64,000 bases of DNA from Anaerolineae bacterium (lineage in GTDB: Bacteria; Chloroflexota; Anaerolineae; Aggregatilineales; UBA3940), in assembly GCA_016928235.1 (NCBI GenBank), contig JAFGLD010000036.1, positions 3,646-67,645 of the forward strand, in the 5' to 3' direction. Under the pieces are notes generated by a model. The model saw only the letters and a program-made list of their open reading frames with translations. It searched no databases and was not told the DNA's origin. Each line of letters opens with the position of its first letter. The stretch's first letter is position 1. Below are positions 9,879 through 19,856 of the stretch, in pieces. The position numbers and the translations under genes are program-made.

Positions 9879-11168
9879 ATGACCTCGTCCAGGCATCGTT
9901 GGGTGGTAGTTGTTGTCTTCTTTCTTTTCATGCTTCTGCATCAATCTGACAAATTCCTGATCGGACCGCTCACAACGCCTATCATGGAGACCTTTCAAAT
10001 CAGTGAGTCCCAGATGGGTGCCGTCTCGACCGGCGCGCTCCTGGTTGGCGCGATCCTCTACCCGGTCTGGGGCTATCTGTACGACCGTTATGCTCGTGTT
10101 AAATTGCTGGCATTGGCCTCTCTCATCTGGGGGTTGACCACCTCGCTCAATGCCAGCGCGCCTAATTACCTGACCTTTCTGGCTACCCGTGCCTCGACGG
10201 GGATTGACGATTCCAGCTATCCCGGCTTGCATAGCATTATCGCAGACTACTTCGGCCCTCAGGTGCGTGGCAAGATCTACGGGTTGCTTCAGCTTACTGG
10301 TCCATTGGGTTACTTGATAGGCATGGTGTTGGCTCTGGTGCTGGGTGGCATCATTGGCTGGCGCAACGTTTACTATATCACTGGTGGATTGGGAGTTCTG
10401 CTTGCGGCAGTGATTTTTGTGAGCGTGCGTGAGCCGCAGCGGGGCAGGAGTGAGCCGGAGCTGGCTCAACTGGCGGAAATTGGCGTCTACAAATTCGATA
10501 TGGATACTGCCAAGGGATTATTTCGTAAGCCAACACTGCTTCTCTTGTTTGTTCAGGGATTCTTTGGTGTCTTTCCCTGGCAGGTGATTGTTTACTGGAT
10601 ATTCCGCTATCTCGAAACGGAGCGAGGGTATACCAGTGATGAGATCCTATTGACTATGTCGACTGTAATTTTGATCTTGTCAGCCGGCTACTTCATCGGA
10701 GGTGCTGCTGGTGATGCAGCCTTCCGCCGCACGCCACGTGGGCGCATGGTTGTCTCGTCGATCGCGGTCTTGCTTGGCGCCATCTTCTTTTTCTTTGCAT
10801 TGAACACGCCGGTCGAGAATCGCCTGATGTTCTTTGTGTTCCTGTCGGCCACTGCCATCTTTATGCCCTTTTCCGCGCCGAATGTGATTTCATCGGTATA
10901 TGATATTACACTGCCGGAAGTGCGCAGCACGGCATTGGCCATCCAGCTTTTTATCGAGAACGCCGGCGCGGCTGCCGCGCCGTTGCTGGCGGGCATTATC
11001 GCCGAACACTATGATTTGAAGACAGCCTTTCTGGTGATTTGTGTTTCGACCTGGTTATTATGTACGATTTTCTACTCCGTCGGTGCCTATTTGGTGCCGC
11101 GCGATATCACGATATTGCGTGCCCAGATGCGCGAGCGTGCCGAACAGGAACAGGCGGGGCAACCCTGA
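9879..11168 (+). CDS. MFS transporter
   Basis: 429 aa with about 12 hydrophobic segments. MFS motif A-like loop GYLYDRYARVKLL lies between TM2 and TM3. A GGAG RBS precedes the ATG. Confidence 0.85.
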   Translation: MTSSRHRWVVVVVFFLFMLLHQSDKFLIGPLTTPIMETFQISESQMGAVSTGALLVGAILYPVWGYLYDRYARVKLLALASLIWGLTTSLNASAPNYLTFLATRASTGIDDSSYPGLHSIIADYFGPQVRGKIYGLLQLTGPLGYLIGMVLALVLGGIIGWRNVYYITGGLGVLLAAVIFVSVREPQRGRSEPELAQLAEIGVYKFDMDTAKGLFRKPTLLLLFVQGFFGVFPWQVIVYWIFRYLETERGYTSDEILLTMSTVILILSAGYFIGGAAGDAAFRRTPRGRMVVSSIAVLLGAIFFFFALNTPVENRLMFFVFLSATAIFMPFSAPNVISSVYDITLPEVRSTALAIQLFIENAGAAAAPLLAGIIAEHYDLKTAFLVICVSTWLLCTIFYSVGAYLVPRDITILRAQMRERAEQEQAGQP

Positions 11169-11440
11169 TAGTATAGTGAGTTTGTCGATGTGATCAATTG
11201 GGCGATGTCTCTACCTTGCACTCTGCTGGGGCAGGATGATAGACTGTTGGTGCTATGCACCAAAGGTGGTGGTGCGCTTTGCTTTGTCCTCGCTATAAAC
11301 CTGGTAGGAGATATGGCGTCACTTTGAACGGGGTTGCCTGAGCGGGGACGTCGAAGCGTGGGCCCCTGATCTTGCACGGTGTATGAAGGAAATTTCAACG
11401 GACCTGTGAGAAGAGGCGCCGGAAACGACGATCCTCTAAC

Positions 11441-12277
11441 ATGACGGTGCTTGGGGGGGGGATCCTGATCCCCCTGTGTTTTATGCAACTGCTTCTACCG
11501 GAAGTGCGTATTGTAATGTATGGTAGTACAGCCAATCAATGTGTGTCAAACAGAAAATTGAAAGCTGACCGCTTGTTTGCAAGAGAGGAAGTGAGTATTG
11601 TGAGCGACCAGGACAACAAAAAAAACGATATCAGCCCGTCTCCATGGGGTTCTGACCCTATCCGGGGTCTCAATTACGATTATCTGGATATCGATAAACC
11701 GCCGTCGATTGAGCCGAAACCGGTGATGCCGGAGCGCACTACCAGATTCAATGCGATCCAGGCTCAAGATTTCTACCAGCGTATTCGAGGCAAGTTGGTT
11801 ACCTGGGCGCAGGGGGCAGGCGCGGGCAAGGAGGCGACTAACTACATTCTGCTGATCCCGGATATCATGGCGCTTTTTGTCCGGCTGATGGGCGACCCGC
11901 GCGTTTCCGGCGCGCTCAAGGCGGAAATCGCCGCTGCTTCGGCTTATGTGATCAGCCCTATTGATCTCATGCCGGAGGCAGTTATGGGCCCGGCAGGGCT
12001 CATCGATGATGCAATTGTGGCGGTGATTGCTCTCAATCGCGTCGTTGCAGCGATGGGACAGGCAGGCGAGGATGTTTTGCGCCAATATTGGGATGGCGAT
12101 CAAGACATTCTGGTTGTCATCAAGGATCTGTTGACCCGGGCCGATAGCTTTGTGAGTGGCACGGTCTGGACCGGGATCAAAAAGTTTGTGCGTGATACAG
12201 TTGCGGAGAAGCCGTCGGAGGGGCAGATCATCGAAGGAAAAGCTCGTCCCATCGAAAAGCCGCGTTTCGATAAGTAA
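11441..12277 (+). CDS. DUF1232 (YkvA-like) domain protein
   Basis: LLIPDIMALFVRLMGDPRVSGALKAEIAAASAYVISPIDLMPEAVMGPAGLIDDAIV is the DUF1232 pattern. The likely true start is GTG 11591 or 11600, after GAGAGGAAG. Confidence 0.65.
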   Translation: MTVLGGGILIPLCFMQLLLPEVRIVMYGSTANQCVSNRKLKADRLFAREEVSIVSDQDNKKNDISPSPWGSDPIRGLNYDYLDIDKPPSIEPKPVMPERTTRFNAIQAQDFYQRIRGKLVTWAQGAGAGKEATNYILLIPDIMALFVRLMGDPRVSGALKAEIAAASAYVISPIDLMPEAVMGPAGLIDDAIVAVIALNRVVAAMGQAGEDVLRQYWDGDQDILVVIKDLLTRADSFVSGTVWTGIKKFVRDTVAEKPSEGQIIEGKARPIEKPRFDK

Positions 12278-12304
12278 GGTGTGCCCTCTCAACCCGCGCT
12301 AGAA

Positions 12305-13234
12305 TTATCGAAACGCATCCTCGAAGAATGCTACGATCCGCTCCTTGTATTCCTCTGGCGCGACCTCTTGGTATTGGCCGTGCTCGGCTCGTGCCACGAT
12401 CCATAGATCCTTGGGGGCCCTTGCGGAATCGTAGAGCACCTGGCCGGATTCGGCCTCGTACTCGCCGTAGATCAATAAAATGGGCCGTGGGCCGATTTTA
12501 TCGATCACGCTGACAGGGCTACTTTCCCAGGCCGGTATACCCAATTGCAGGCTGGTAAACAGCAAGATAAATCGCCTTATTGTCCATCCTAATGCGCCAT
12601 GTCTGATAGCGGGATCGAGGATATCCTCTGCCAGGTTTTCGTAACCGCCTATGGCCACAATGGCTTCTAGTGCCGGTTCCTGAGCCGTGGCCAGGATCGA
12701 TGCGGTGCCACCCTCGGAAAATCCCAATGTGCCAATGTGTTCAACATCTGAGCGATTGGTCAGGTAGTCTACTGCTCCCAGAAGATCGTAGGCTTCGTAG
12801 TAACCGGTGCTGGCAGCCAACGATGGATTTGCACAGGAGCGGTGCTCGTAGATCAGCGTGCTGAAACCTGCCTCCGCCATGATAGTTGCATTGGGAATGG
12901 CAAGCGCGGAATTGCCGGCATGACCCGGCACGGCGATGATCACTGTCTCCGGGTATTTATCCCCTGCCGTATACCATCCTCGTAAAACTGGCCCGTTTCG
13001 CGATGGAAAAACAACCGGTTCTGACGCAAACCCGACGACCTCCAGGCTATCTCGATTGCCCTGGCATCCTGGGTGTAGCATCGCTGATGTGTAAAGCCAG
13101 GATGAACCCACAATGAGCAGAATTAGCGCGGTTGCAGTACCCGTCAGACTCAATCGCAGGATGCGCTTCCAACAGAATTGGAAGCGGGTAGTTACCAGGC
13201 TGTCTGATTGCCGCGGCTGGTGTCTTGTTGTCAT
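12305..13234 (-). CDS. alpha/beta hydrolase (dienelactone hydrolase/BAAT-like), membrane anchored
   Basis: N-terminal hydrophobic anchor, nucleophile elbow GFSEGG, and late D/H residues (IVARAEHGQ). Confidence 0.75.
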   Translation of the reverse strand: MTTRHQPRQSDSLVTTRFQFCWKRILRLSLTGTATALILLIVGSSWLYTSAMLHPGCQGNRDSLEVVGFASEPVVFPSRNGPVLRGWYTAGDKYPETVIIAVPGHAGNSALAIPNATIMAEAGFSTLIYEHRSCANPSLAASTGYYEAYDLLGAVDYLTNRSDVEHIGTLGFSEGGTASILATAQEPALEAIVAIGGYENLAEDILDPAIRHGALGWTIRRFILLFTSLQLGIPAWESSPVSVIDKIGPRPILLIYGEYEAESGQVLYDSARAPKDLWIVARAEHGQYQEVAPEEYKERIVAFFEDAFR

Positions 13235-13247
13235 GTTTGCTGATCTC

Positions 13248-14567
13248 TCATTTTTCGAACTGCTCCGCCAGCAAATCGACCAATGTTGGCGAGCCGATAG
13301 GCTGGAGGGTGTAGCGTACGCGCTCTATGGGCTTCGCGATGTTGATCGCGCGGCGCAAATCGATCGGCGTGGCGATGATGACCAGCTCAGCATTTGATGC
13401 ATCGATGGTCTTTTCCAGATCAGATATCTGTTTGCGCCCATAGCCCATGGCGGGAAGCACAGCGCCGGTGTTCGGATATTGGTGATAGACTTCACGTATT
13501 GAGCCCACGGCAAATGGGCGCGGGTCGACGATTTCAGCAGCGCCAAATCGCCGGGCCGCGACCACACCGGCGCCATAAGCCATCTCGCCGTGTGTGAGCG
13601 TCGGCCCATCTTCGACGACCAGCACGCGTTTGCCCCGGATATCCTGCGGGTGATCGACAAAGATTGGTGAGGCAGCCTCGATCACAACTGCTCGCGGATT
13701 GGCGTTCTGGATATTTGCTCGTACAGCCAGGATATTGGGATAATCGGCCGTGTCAACTTTGTTGATCACGACTACATCGGCCATTCGTAGGTTAACCTCG
13801 CCGGGGTGGTAGCGGATCTCATGTCCAGGGCGATGTGGATCGGTGACCACGATGTGCATATCAGACACCAGGAAAGGGAGATCGTTGTTGCCGCCATCCC
13901 ACAGAATGATGTCAGCCTCCTGCTCAGCCTGCCGCAAGATTGCCTCATAATCGACGCCTGCATAGACGATCACGCCGTGGTCGATATGCGGCTCATATTC
14001 TTCGCGCTCTTCAATGGTGCATTCGTGCTGGTCGAGATCGTCGTAGGCCGCGAATCGCTGCACAGCCTGGCTGGCCAGGTCGCCGTAAGGCATCGGGTGC
14101 CGGATGGCAACTACCCGATAGTCCATTGCCTGCAATGCCGAGGCAACGTGACGGGTTGTCTGGCTCTTGCCACTCCCTGTCCGCGTAGCGCTGATCGACA
14201 CAACGGGCTTGCTGCTTTTGATTTGTGTGGTATGGGGCCCCATCAGCCGGAAGTCTGCGCCGGCTGCCAGCGCCTGGGAAGCTTTGTGCATGACGGTCTC
14301 GTGAGAGACATCGCTGTAGGCAAAAACCACCTGTTCGACGCGGTGCTCTCGGATCAGCCGTGTCAACTCGCTTTCTTCGTAAATGGGAACGCCCTGAGGA
14401 TAGAGATCCCCAGACAAAGCCGGCGGGTACGTGCGGCCATCGATGCCTGGTATCTGCGTTGCCGTAAAGGCCACCACCTCGAATTGTTCGTTGCCGCGGA
14501 AAAAGACGTTGAAATTGTGGAAGTCGCGCCCGGCGGCTCCCATGATCAATACACGAGTGCGAGCCAT
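13248..14567 (-). CDS. cyclic 2,3-diphosphoglycerate synthetase-like P-loop protein (COG2403-type predicted GTPase)
   Basis: 439 aa. N-terminus RVLIMGAAGRDFHNFNVFFR, P-loop-like ATRTGSGKSQTT. The overall layout resembles the archaeal cPGS family, recalled from memory. Confidence 0.65.
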   Translation of the reverse strand: MARTRVLIMGAAGRDFHNFNVFFRGNEQFEVVAFTATQIPGIDGRTYPPALSGDLYPQGVPIYEESELTRLIREHRVEQVVFAYSDVSHETVMHKASQALAAGADFRLMGPHTTQIKSSKPVVSISATRTGSGKSQTTRHVASALQAMDYRVVAIRHPMPYGDLASQAVQRFAAYDDLDQHECTIEEREEYEPHIDHGVIVYAGVDYEAILRQAEQEADIILWDGGNNDLPFLVSDMHIVVTDPHRPGHEIRYHPGEVNLRMADVVVINKVDTADYPNILAVRANIQNANPRAVVIEAASPIFVDHPQDIRGKRVLVVEDGPTLTHGEMAYGAGVVAARRFGAAEIVDPRPFAVGSIREVYHQYPNTGAVLPAMGYGRKQISDLEKTIDASNAELVIIATPIDLRRAINIAKPIERVRYTLQPIGSPTLVDLLAEQFEK

Positions 14568-14993
14568 AGAGTGTCCTTTGGAAATAGTGCTGGGGATCGA
14601 GTTTTGGGTACTGAGACAAAGGCCATTGGTTTACCTCTGTCGGGATCATAATCTTGATGATTGTGTTTAGACTTACCCATCTTGATTGCAGGCTCTGCGA
14701 GGAAAGCTATTGAATCCCCATTCTTTAGGAACGAGAATTTATTAACTTACACATAGTCCTTATTGCAAGCTCAACTGCAATACCTTTGCCAACGATTTTA
14801 GCGGCAGTATCAATTCACAACAAGAATGACGTTAGAGTGGGTAGCGGTAAACTCTATGCGCAAGTCGAGAAACTCGGCAGGTGTGCAGACAGGTTTCACA
14901 CATTTCTGTTGGCGGCAACGTGGCGATGATCGAAATATCAGACGCGCGAGATTGTCTTCCGTGGAATGTCACACCCCGATGCTCAGATGCGTC

Positions 14994-15446
14994 TCATTCA
15001 CCTGACCGGGTAGTTCCCTTTGGGGTAGGAGGGACGAGTAAATCGGCGTTTTTGGTAGCCAGAGCGCCTAGCACGCCGTTGATGAAGCGCGGAGCACTGT
15101 CGCTCCCATAAATTTTCGCCAGTTCAACCGCTTCGTTGATGGCCACTTTGAGCGGTGTCTCTCCGGTGGTAGTTAATTCGAGGATAGCCATTCGGAGGAT
15201 GTTGCGATCGATTAGCGCCATCTGCTCGACAGGCCATTCAGGAGCGTGTTCCTGGATCAGCTTATCGAGCTCGGCACGATGATTGATCACACCATAAAGA
15301 AGGTGCCGCGAGAAAGATATGGCATCTTCGCTCAAATTCTCTTCCTCTAAGTGTCTGGACAGCACCTCCTCGATGGGATGTGCTGAACAGTCAACTTCAT
15401 AGAGGGTTTTTAGTACCAGGTTGCGGACTTTGCGACGTACTTGCAA
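14994..15446 (-). CDS. nusB: transcription antitermination factor NusB
   Basis: RKVRNLVLKTLYEVD...DRNILRMAILEL...VAINEAVELAKIYG...FINGVLG. Confidence 0.9.
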   Translation of the reverse strand: MQVRRKVRNLVLKTLYEVDCSAHPIEEVLSRHLEEENLSEDAISFSRHLLYGVINHRAELDKLIQEHAPEWPVEQMALIDRNILRMAILELTTTGETPLKVAINEAVELAKIYGSDSAPRFINGVLGALATKNADLLVPPTPKGTTRSGE

Positions 15447-15545
15447 GGTGTTTGCTCCCCAACCAACACTGGTTAGGATTGGTGAATGAGCAGCTTCTCG
15501 TCCTGGAGTAAGCTTTTAGAAGCTGCCTGTTTGTTTAGCAGGTTA

Positions 15546-15902
15546 TCAGGCAGTTTCTGGCCTGTCACCTGGAGTGAAGTCTACGTCCTCAATGTGGACA
15601 TTGACTTTAATGACCTCCATCCCTACCAATTCCTGGATGGAACGAGTTACCGAGTTCTGTACCTCTTTACTGACATCGCGCATGCTGACGCCTGGCTTGA
15701 CGATCAGGTACACTTCAAGGGAAACCTTGCCCTCTTCAATCTCGAGTACCACGCCGGACCCCATAGGATTTCCCTTGAGCAGGTGTGTCACATCGATCGG
15801 GATAGTTCCCATACGTGCTATTCCTTTAACGTCAATAGCAGCCTGTCTAGCGATAGTGATGAGCACACTAGGGGCGATGGTGATGGTATCTTGGGGTTCC
15901 AT
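15546..15902 (-). CDS. Asp23/Gls24 family envelope stress protein
   Basis: ITIAPSVLITIARQAAIDVKGIARM...VNVHIEDV is the typical Asp23 pattern. Confidence 0.85.
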   Translation of the reverse strand: MEPQDTITIAPSVLITIARQAAIDVKGIARMGTIPIDVTHLLKGNPMGSGVVLEIEEGKVSLEVYLIVKPGVSMRDVSKEVQNSVTRSIQELVGMEVIKVNVHIEDVDFTPGDRPETA

Positions 15903-16077
15903 ATCTGTTTCCTCGAATGTGCAATTATATACTGTGACACACTATCCAGAGATCGATTGGGAGGAATATTTCTGTGGGATGTCCAGGGTAAGGACTTGCC
16001 CCAGACATCCCATCCTATTGGTTTCATGTCACGATTGTAACTGTGTTGCCTCAATCGTCAATCGACCAATCAACAAT

Positions 16078-16827
16078 CTATCCCATGACCATGCCGCCAT
16101 CAACGGAGAGCACCTGCCCGGTGATGTAGGCTGCGTGATCGGATGCCAGGAAGGCTACTGCATAGGCGATCTCTTCCGGTGTCCCCCATCGCTTCAGGGG
16201 GATGGCACCCAGCGAGCTCTGCTTGAGTTCATCGGGTAGATCCTGGGTCAGCTCCGTAGGAATAAAGCCGGGCGCGACCGCGTTCACAGTGATGTTGCGG
16301 GCGGCAACTTCCCTGGCAAGCGACTTGGTGAAACCGATCACGCCGGCCTTGCTGGCGCTGTAGTTAGTCTGGCCAGGATTGCCGGCGATGCCGGAGACGG
16401 AGCTCATATTTACAATGCGGCCATAACGCTGGCGCATCATGCTTCGGACCACAGCTTTCGAGCAGAGGAACATGCTTTTGAGATTGGTGGCTAAGACGGT
16501 GTCCCAATCCTTTTCATCCATTGTCATGATCAGCGTGTCGCGGGTGGTGCCCGCATTATTGACCAGGATGTCGATTTTGCCCTGAGCCTCGATAGCGTCC
16601 TTGATCATCTTGTCTACCTGAGCAGCTTGAGTGACATCTGCTTGTATCGCCATGGCGGTGCCGCCTGCGGCTTCGAGCGCCTTGACTGTGTCCGCAGCCT
16701 TGGCTGCATCCGATTCGCTGGGGTAGTGGTTGACAATGATGGTTGCTCCAAGTCGATTCAGCTCCTCGCAAATGGCGCGACCAATACCTTGAGAACCTCC
16801 TGTGACCAGCGCGACTCGTCCCTTCAT
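16078..16827 (-). CDS. fabG: 3-oxoacyl-[ACP] reductase FabG
   Basis: Start trimmed to MKGRVALVTGGSQGIGRA (ATG at 16827, GAGGGGAGGAG RBS upstream). NNAG, S-Y-K triad (YSASKAG) and C-terminal GGMVMG are present. Confidence 0.92.
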   Translation of the reverse strand: MKGRVALVTGGSQGIGRAICEELNRLGATIIVNHYPSESDAAKAADTVKALEAAGGTAMAIQADVTQAAQVDKMIKDAIEAQGKIDILVNNAGTTRDTLIMTMDEKDWDTVLATNLKSMFLCSKAVVRSMMRQRYGRIVNMSSVSGIAGNPGQTNYSASKAGVIGFTKSLAREVAARNITVNAVAPGFIPTELTQDLPDELKQSSLGAIPLKRWGTPEEIAYAVAFLASDHAAYITGQVLSVDGGMVMG

Positions 16828-16915
16828 GATTGTGATGCTCCTCCCCTCGTATGTGTAAAGATCAAAGCGGGGCGATTGTACCACCGCTTCTGAGTGAGTT
16901 CAAATGAGATGCGAT

Positions 16916-17890
16916 TCATAGTGCCGGCGACTCTATCTGCGTGAGGGCTTCGATGCCTTCCGGTGAGTCGACCACATATCCGGTGGCTTCTCGATCGATG
17001 CGCTTGAGCAGCCCGGTCAGAACGCTCTTGCTGCCAAACTCGATGTAAGCCTTGATCCCCATGCCCTTCATCGTCCGGACACTTTCTGTCCAGCGTACTG
17101 GGGATACCAGCTGGTTGCCAAGCTCGGCGCAGATGGCTTCGATGCTCGTCATCTGAACTGCCTGGGTGTTTCCGATAAGCGGGATCATAGGGGTGTTGAA
17201 AGGCATAGCCTCTGCGGCTGCCCGAAATTCATTAGCTGCGCGGGCCATCAGGGGCGAGTGTGAGGCGATAGAAACCGGCAAGCGCACAGCTCGTTTGGCG
17301 CCTGCCACGCCGGCTTGCTCGATGGCTTTTGCGAGGGTGTTTTCATCGCCGGCAATGACGATCTGCCCAGGGCAGTTATCGTTGGCGAGCACGACGGTAC
17401 CTCCAGTGGCCTCTGACGCCTCGGCGCACAGGGCTTCGACCGCTTCACGCTCCAGCCCCAATAGTGCTGCCATTCCCCCTGGGCTGTGCTGGCCCGCATC
17501 GCGCATTAGCTCACCCCGCCGTCGTACCAGTCTTAGTCCATCCAAGAAGCTGAGCGCGCCCGCAGCCGTCAGGGCGGTCAGCTCACCGAGGCTGTGGCCC
17601 GCTACGCAGGCCGGCTGAAACGGAGCATCATCCAGGGCTGTGTACAGCGTGCGCATGGCGGCGATCCCTGCGACATACAGGGCCGGCTGCGCATTGATTG
17701 TTTCTGTCAGCATTTCCTCCGGCCCTTCGAAGCACAGCTTTGACAGTGCGAAGCCGAGTAGATCGTCAGCCTCTTCAAATGTCTGGCGCGCGGCAGGATA
17801 TTGGGCTGCCAGCGCCGCTCCCATTCCGACACCTTGTGATCCCTGACCAGGGAAAACAAACGCTGTCGTGGCTTGATCAAGCATAATCAA
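16916..17890 (-). CDS. fabD: malonyl-CoA:ACP transacylase FabD
   Basis: FVFPGQGSQ, active-site GHSLGE, and SHSPLM. Confidence 0.92.
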   Translation of the reverse strand: MIMLDQATTAFVFPGQGSQGVGMGAALAAQYPAARQTFEEADDLLGFALSKLCFEGPEEMLTETINAQPALYVAGIAAMRTLYTALDDAPFQPACVAGHSLGELTALTAAGALSFLDGLRLVRRRGELMRDAGQHSPGGMAALLGLEREAVEALCAEASEATGGTVVLANDNCPGQIVIAGDENTLAKAIEQAGVAGAKRAVRLPVSIASHSPLMARAANEFRAAAEAMPFNTPMIPLIGNTQAVQMTSIEAICAELGNQLVSPVRWTESVRTMKGMGIKAYIEFGSKSVLTGLLKRIDREATGYVVDSPEGIEALTQIESPAL

Positions 17891-18158
17891 TCACTCTCCA
17901 TCGATGCTAAAAATACGGATAGATTTTCAAACTCCTGCAACTTAGAGTTTGAAACAAGGCTCAACTATACAACAAGTCCATCGCGATAAGGATACGATGT
18001 ATATTGTCGGTGATGGGCAAATACAGCATTTGGGCAATGGGGTAGGGGATGGCAATTCAGAGCAATGAGTGGCAGGTGGCGATTCGTGCTGCAAGGCTTT
18101 CGGCTGCTTATTTGTCACATTGGTTTTTGCCAACGTTAAAAACCTTGAACGCTGAGTG

Positions 18159-18197
18159 AAAAACGAAAGGCCGCGCTCCCATAGGGAAACACGGCCC
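18159..18197 (-). terminator. intrinsic terminator candidate downstream of rpmF
   Basis: The minus strand reads GGCCGUGUUUCCC-UAU-GGGAGCGCGGCC followed by UUUCGUUUUU. Confidence 0.55.
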
Positions 18198-18307
18198 CAA
18201 GCAGACAGGATTAACAATAGACTTTACCGACAATAACGGAGTTATGCATAAAATAAGCCGGATTTTACGCATAGCGTGACTATTGCCAATATAGTCTACT
18301 ATCCCAA

Positions 18308-18499
18308 TCAGCTTTTCTTGTCCTCGATTTCGAAGACCTCGCGGTCTTTATAATGCCCACAGCTTTTGCAGACGGTATGTGGGAGTTTCATCTCGCCGCA
18401 GTGTTCACAAGCAACCAGGGCAATAGGTTGCAACTGATCGTGCTGGCGACGACGCCCACGCCGTCCTTTGGAAACTTTGCGCTTTGGTAGCGGACCCAT
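18308..18499 (-). CDS. rpmF: 50S ribosomal protein L32
   Basis: 63 aa, PKRKVSKGRRGRRR with zinc-ribbon CEHCGE...CKSCG. Confidence 0.93.
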   Translation of the reverse strand: MGPLPKRKVSKGRRGRRRQHDQLQPIALVACEHCGEMKLPHTVCKSCGHYKDREVFEIEDKKS

Positions 18500-18639
18500 A
18501 ACAGATTCTAACTCCTGATCCTGACAATAACTGCCCGACCTTGATGTCGAACATAGGCCCAGATTATAGCGAGCCTGTGGATGGTGTCAAGATTTTGTCT
18601 GCCGGGCGCTTGGATAATGATAGATGAAACCTGGGCTTG

Positions 18640-19221
18640 CTAATCGCGCCGGGTCTGGATACGCTCGATGTGCATGGGCTCGCTCGATGTATCCAGCGTC
18701 GAAGGTGTTTCGATCTCGGCCGGCGCGGGCTCGAATTTATCGCCTGGTTTACGAGCTGCTGTCTCGGTCTGAACGTGCGATATCCCATTGCGGACCACCA
18801 TCAGCGTTCGGTTAAGCGCATCTTCCAGATCGGAGAGTACATCCATCACATACTGATCGGCATCACGTCGAATGCTGTCGGCTTCCTGCCGGCTTTGCTC
18901 GATGATGCTGGTAGCGCGCGCCTGAGCCGCCTGCGTGATGCTGTCTCGCTGGATAAGCGTCTCGCTCTTTTCGTGGGCCAACTGGCGGATCCTGGCTGCC
19001 TCCTCGTTCGCCTGGGCGATCACGCGCTCCCGCTCACGCAGGATGCGTTTGGCTTTCTCGATCTCCTCAGGGATCGAGATGCGCATCTGATCGATCAGTT
19101 CAAGCGCATGTTGCTCATCGACTACCGTTTGGGCGGTGAATGGAACGTGACGACCGGAGTTGAGCAGTTCCTCCAAACGATCCACCAGATGTTGTATATC
19201 CAAGGTGTGCCTCCTCTCCAA
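18640..19221 (-). CDS. coiled-coil protein (ATP synthase b / V-ATPase E-like), function unknown
   Basis: 193 aa, charged heptad-rich (EEIEKAKRILRERERVIAQANEEAARIRQLAHEK). It is co-directional with coaD and rpmF. The + strand mirror ORF is Leu/Arg-rich and looks like a shadow ORF. Confidence 0.5.
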   Translation of the reverse strand: MERRHTLDIQHLVDRLEELLNSGRHVPFTAQTVVDEQHALELIDQMRISIPEEIEKAKRILRERERVIAQANEEAARIRQLAHEKSETLIQRDSITQAAQARATSIIEQSRQEADSIRRDADQYVMDVLSDLEDALNRTLMVVRNGISHVQTETAARKPGDKFEPAPAEIETPSTLDTSSEPMHIERIQTRRD

Positions 19222-19296
19222 ATTTTGTAAGTATAGTTTTACTACACCTTTGCCCAGGCCGCCAGTCGCGCGGGCCGACCCGGTTGATTGGGTCTC

Positions 19297-19794
19297 TTAT
19301 GATGCATGATCCGGCTGGCCAAACCGCTCTGCCAGAAGTTTTTGCACATGGGACGGAACCATTGAACTGACATCTCCTCCCAGAGCTGCTATCTCGCGTA
19401 CAGTGCTGCTGGAAAGGTGCATGTGCTCTTCGGTGGTGATCAAGCATACCACTTCGATTTCAGGGGCAAGACGATGATTGGCCAGGGCCATACGGAATTC
19501 TAACTCAAAATCGGAAAAAACGCGCAATCCGCGCACGATGACCTGTGCGCCGACCCGCCGGGCGAAGTCAACAGTCAGGCCGCTGTAGCTTTCGACTTGA
19601 ACGCCTGGTATAACACTGAGAGCCATCTGGGCCATTTCAAGCCGGTCTTTGATGGGGAAAAGGAGCTGTTTGAGCGGCCGGTCATAAACGCCAACGATTA
19701 ACTCGTCGAAGATGCGGGCTGCCCGCATGGCAATATCGTAATGACCCAGGTGGATGGGGTCGAATGTGGCTGGAAAGATGGCTCTACGAATCAC
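19297..19794 (-). CDS. coaD: phosphopantetheine adenylyltransferase
   Basis: AIFPATFDPIHLGHYDI (T/HxGH nucleotidyltransferase motif) and ISSSTVREI. Confidence 0.93.
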   Translation of the reverse strand: MIRRAIFPATFDPIHLGHYDIAMRAARIFDELIVGVYDRPLKQLLFPIKDRLEMAQMALSVIPGVQVESYSGLTVDFARRVGAQVIVRGLRVFSDFELEFRMALANHRLAPEIEVVCLITTEEHMHLSSSTVREIAALGGDVSSMVPSHVQKLLAERFGQPDHAS

Positions 19795-19856
19795 AAGGTA
19801 TCTCCGAACTGGTGTGGCAAGCTGTCAAAAGTGTATCAAAACAAGAAGCGCCCGGC

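Noticed and set aside
11546-12292. 248-aa minus-strand ORF antisense to the DUF1232 gene
   Set aside because: It has no RBS or motifs, and the + strand frame carries the DUF1232 signature. It is treated as a shadow ORF, although the true start of the + strand gene remains uncertain.
13806-14651. 281-aa + strand ORF, plus a 212-aa minus-strand ORF in another frame, over the cPGS-like gene
   Set aside because: Both lack recognisable motifs and overlap a well-supported 439-aa gene whose frame carries the P-loop and family signature.
15486-16239. + strand ORFs of 184 and 221 aa across Asp23 and fabG
   Set aside because: They are antisense to two genes with unambiguous family motifs and show no independent support.
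18637-19230. 197-aa + strand ORF mirroring the coiled-coil gene
   Set aside because: Its Leu/Arg/Asp-rich composition is the complement signature of a Glu/Ala/Arg-rich coiled coil. The minus-strand version fits the co-directional coaD-rpmF context.
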